This document shows, one piece after another, positions 62,831-64,000 of a DNA stretch of 64,000 nt (its first letter is position 1; every line of letters starts with the position of its first letter). The position numbers and the translations under genes are program-made. Source of the DNA: Candidatus Sulfotelmatobacter sp. (GTDB lineage Bacteria > Acidobacteriota > Terriglobia > Terriglobales > Acidobacteriaceae). The DNA is taken from positions 1,071 to 65,070 of the forward strand of contig DATEHP010000075.1 in assembly GCA_035279505.1 (NCBI GenBank). The letters are read 5' to 3'. The notes beneath the pieces were generated by a model. That model was not told where the DNA came from. It searched no databases and saw only the letters and a program-made list of their open reading frames with translations.

Positions 62831-62866
62831 ACTCCTCAACATCAAGGCCTATGCTTCAAGCAGCCC

Positions 62867-62958
62867 GGTACCCGCCCTTGCAAAAAACGCAAGAGCGGGG
62901 CACCCACGTGTTGGTCGTGTCAGCAAGATCAAAAGCCTGGGGCACCCGGTACCCACAG
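62867..62958. repeat. REP family C hairpins, right flank of RAYT
   Basis: GGTACCCGCCCTTGCAAAAAACGCAAGAGCGGGGCACCC plus a second GGGGCACCCGGTACCCACAG unit at 62939-62958. Confidence 0.75.
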
Positions 62959-63573
62959 TCATTCGGTTTTCGCGGCGCTGCCGTCCAAACCTAATTCCCT
63001 AGCGATTGGCTTCATCGCTTCAACACAGAAGCCAATGTGTTCGTCCAGGTCCACGCCCAGATCGGCAGCACCCTGGACGATGTCTTCGCGGTTCACTTTT
63101 CTCGCAAAGGCTTTGTCTTTCATTCTTTTGCGCACGGACTTCACATCGACTTCCGCCAGCGACTTGCTGGGCTTGATCAGCGCGACTGCGGTGATGAATC
63201 CGGCGAGCTCGTCACAGGCGAAGAGGGCTTTCTCCAAGGGCGTGTCGCGGGTCACCCCGGTGTACTCGGCGTGCGACAGGATGGCTCGGCGGATCTGCTC
63301 GGGACACCCGCGTTCGGTAAGGATCTCATTGCCCCGATAGGGATGATCTTCGAGGCTGGGCCAGCGTTCGTAGTCGAAGTCATGGATCAGGCCGACGATT
63401 CCCCACAACTCCTCGGCATCTGACGATCCGTCGCCGTACTTCCGGGAGCAAGCGCGCATGCAGGCTTCGACGGCGAGGGCATGCTTCCGTAGACTTTCAG
63501 ATTGGGTGAACTCGGTCAGCAAATTCCAGGCGGCTTCTCGGGTGATCTCATTCATTTTTCCGGGCACCTGCAC
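62959..63573 (-). CDS. HD/HDIG-domain metal-dependent phosphohydrolase
   Basis: RKHALAVEACM...GLIHDFDYERW contains the H...HD signature. The product is 204 aa. Confidence 0.75.
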   Translation of the reverse strand: MQVPGKMNEITREAAWNLLTEFTQSESLRKHALAVEACMRACSRKYGDGSSDAEELWGIVGLIHDFDYERWPSLEDHPYRGNEILTERGCPEQIRRAILSHAEYTGVTRDTPLEKALFACDELAGFITAVALIKPSKSLAEVDVKSVRKRMKDKAFARKVNREDIVQGAADLGVDLDEHIGFCVEAMKPIARELGLDGSAAKTE

Positions 63574-63706
63574 TTAAGAGTTTTTCTCAATGGTTTCCCA
63601 TCTTGACAACTTCTTTACAGACTAATTACAACTTCAAAGGCTTCAGGGGAGCATACTATAGGCAGTGAATTTCTCCAGGTTGTGGGGGCTTGGAGGGCCA
63701 CGAACA

Positions 63707-63961
63707 ATGTACGACGACCGAGAGTATTTTTGGGTTGTTCTCTGCAAGAATCATCGATTTCACCACAAAGGCAACACTTCCTACTCGCACCAGATTGTGC
63801 TGGCGGAAACCGATGCCTTCTCGCCTCTTCCCATGCTGACTCAGCAAGTCACTGTGCGTTGTGACACGTGCGGCGCAGAGTATGCCTACAAGCCTGCTGA
63901 GATATTGAGGGGCGAAATGGAGGCTGCGCCGGCGTTCGTTCCGCATCCCATGTTCAAGTGA
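63707..63961 (+). CDS. small hypothetical protein (84 aa) with one CxxC
   Basis: The inner ATG gives MYDDREYFWVVLCKNHRFHHKG...VRCDTCGAEYAYKPAEIL. No family recognised. Confidence 0.35.
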   Translation: MYDDREYFWVVLCKNHRFHHKGNTSYSHQIVLAETDAFSPLPMLTQQVTVRCDTCGAEYAYKPAEILRGEMEAAPAFVPHPMFK

Positions 63962-64000
63962 GCAGGTTCAAGTGGTCAGGGTCAAGTGACCACGCCGGGT

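Larger units (their letters stand above)
61990..62958 (+). mobile_element. REPtron: RAYT gene flanked by inverted REP hairpins
   Basis: The IS200/Y1-type transposase gene (62277..62830) is bracketed by GGGTGCCCCGTCCTTGCGTTTTTTGCAAGGGGGGGTA (62214-62250) and its near reverse complement GGTACCCGCCCTTGCAAAAAACGCAAGAGCGGGGCACCC (62867-62905). Further REP hairpins lie on both sides. Confidence 0.75.

Overview
GC-rich bacterial chromosomal segment. Gene content, the outer-membrane machinery and the style of the intergenic repeats suggest an Acidobacteriota/Terriglobia-like genome; that taxonomic call is inference only. I call about 55 protein genes, nearly all housekeeping. They are: orphan nuoI, metH, a TonB-dependent-receptor-like OMP, nrdR, an NAD-type isocitrate dehydrogenase, futalosine-route menaquinone genes (mqnE-like radical SAM, UbiA prenyltransferase), pcm, a translationally coupled bamA / surA-like / tamB block, thiF/moeB-type E1, an MFS transporter, an ECF sigma / anti-sigma / DUF4097 module, aroK, an AI-2E permease, a split lysine/DAP cluster (asd, lysC, dapB, dapA, dapD), a HAD hydrolase, an EcsC-like protein, RNase J, a DinB-family protein, a threonine-dehydratase-family PLP enzyme, cytochrome c, uppP, a SnoaL-like protein, ftsK, a small OMP barrel, DUF2339 plus an M48/TPR protease, one REP-associated tyrosine transposase (RAYT) that looks frameshifted, and an HD-domain protein. 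I saw no rRNA, tRNA, CRISPR array, prophage or recognisable defence island. I did not find a convincing new multi-gene system. The least-explained signals are at nucleotide level or are single-gene oddities. (1) Four intergenic inverted repeats have arms built from degenerate tandem heptamers, with a different heptamer at each locus. (2) At least five families of REP-like repeats are densely packed, including a REPtron and one copy embedded in frame in a PLP enzyme gene. (3) The 3' end of the mqnE-like gene is duplicated in an att-like way around a decayed BrnA antitoxin remnant. (4) DapA carries an in-frame 82-aa Cys/His-rich C-terminal domain. (5) A 430-nt ORF-poor convergent spacer has hairpins and a long-range pairing. 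(6) An AT-richer islet carries two small zinc-ribbon-like ORFs. All coordinates of alternative starts were derived by hand from the supplied ORF track and sequence. No database search was possible, so all family names are recognition from motifs.
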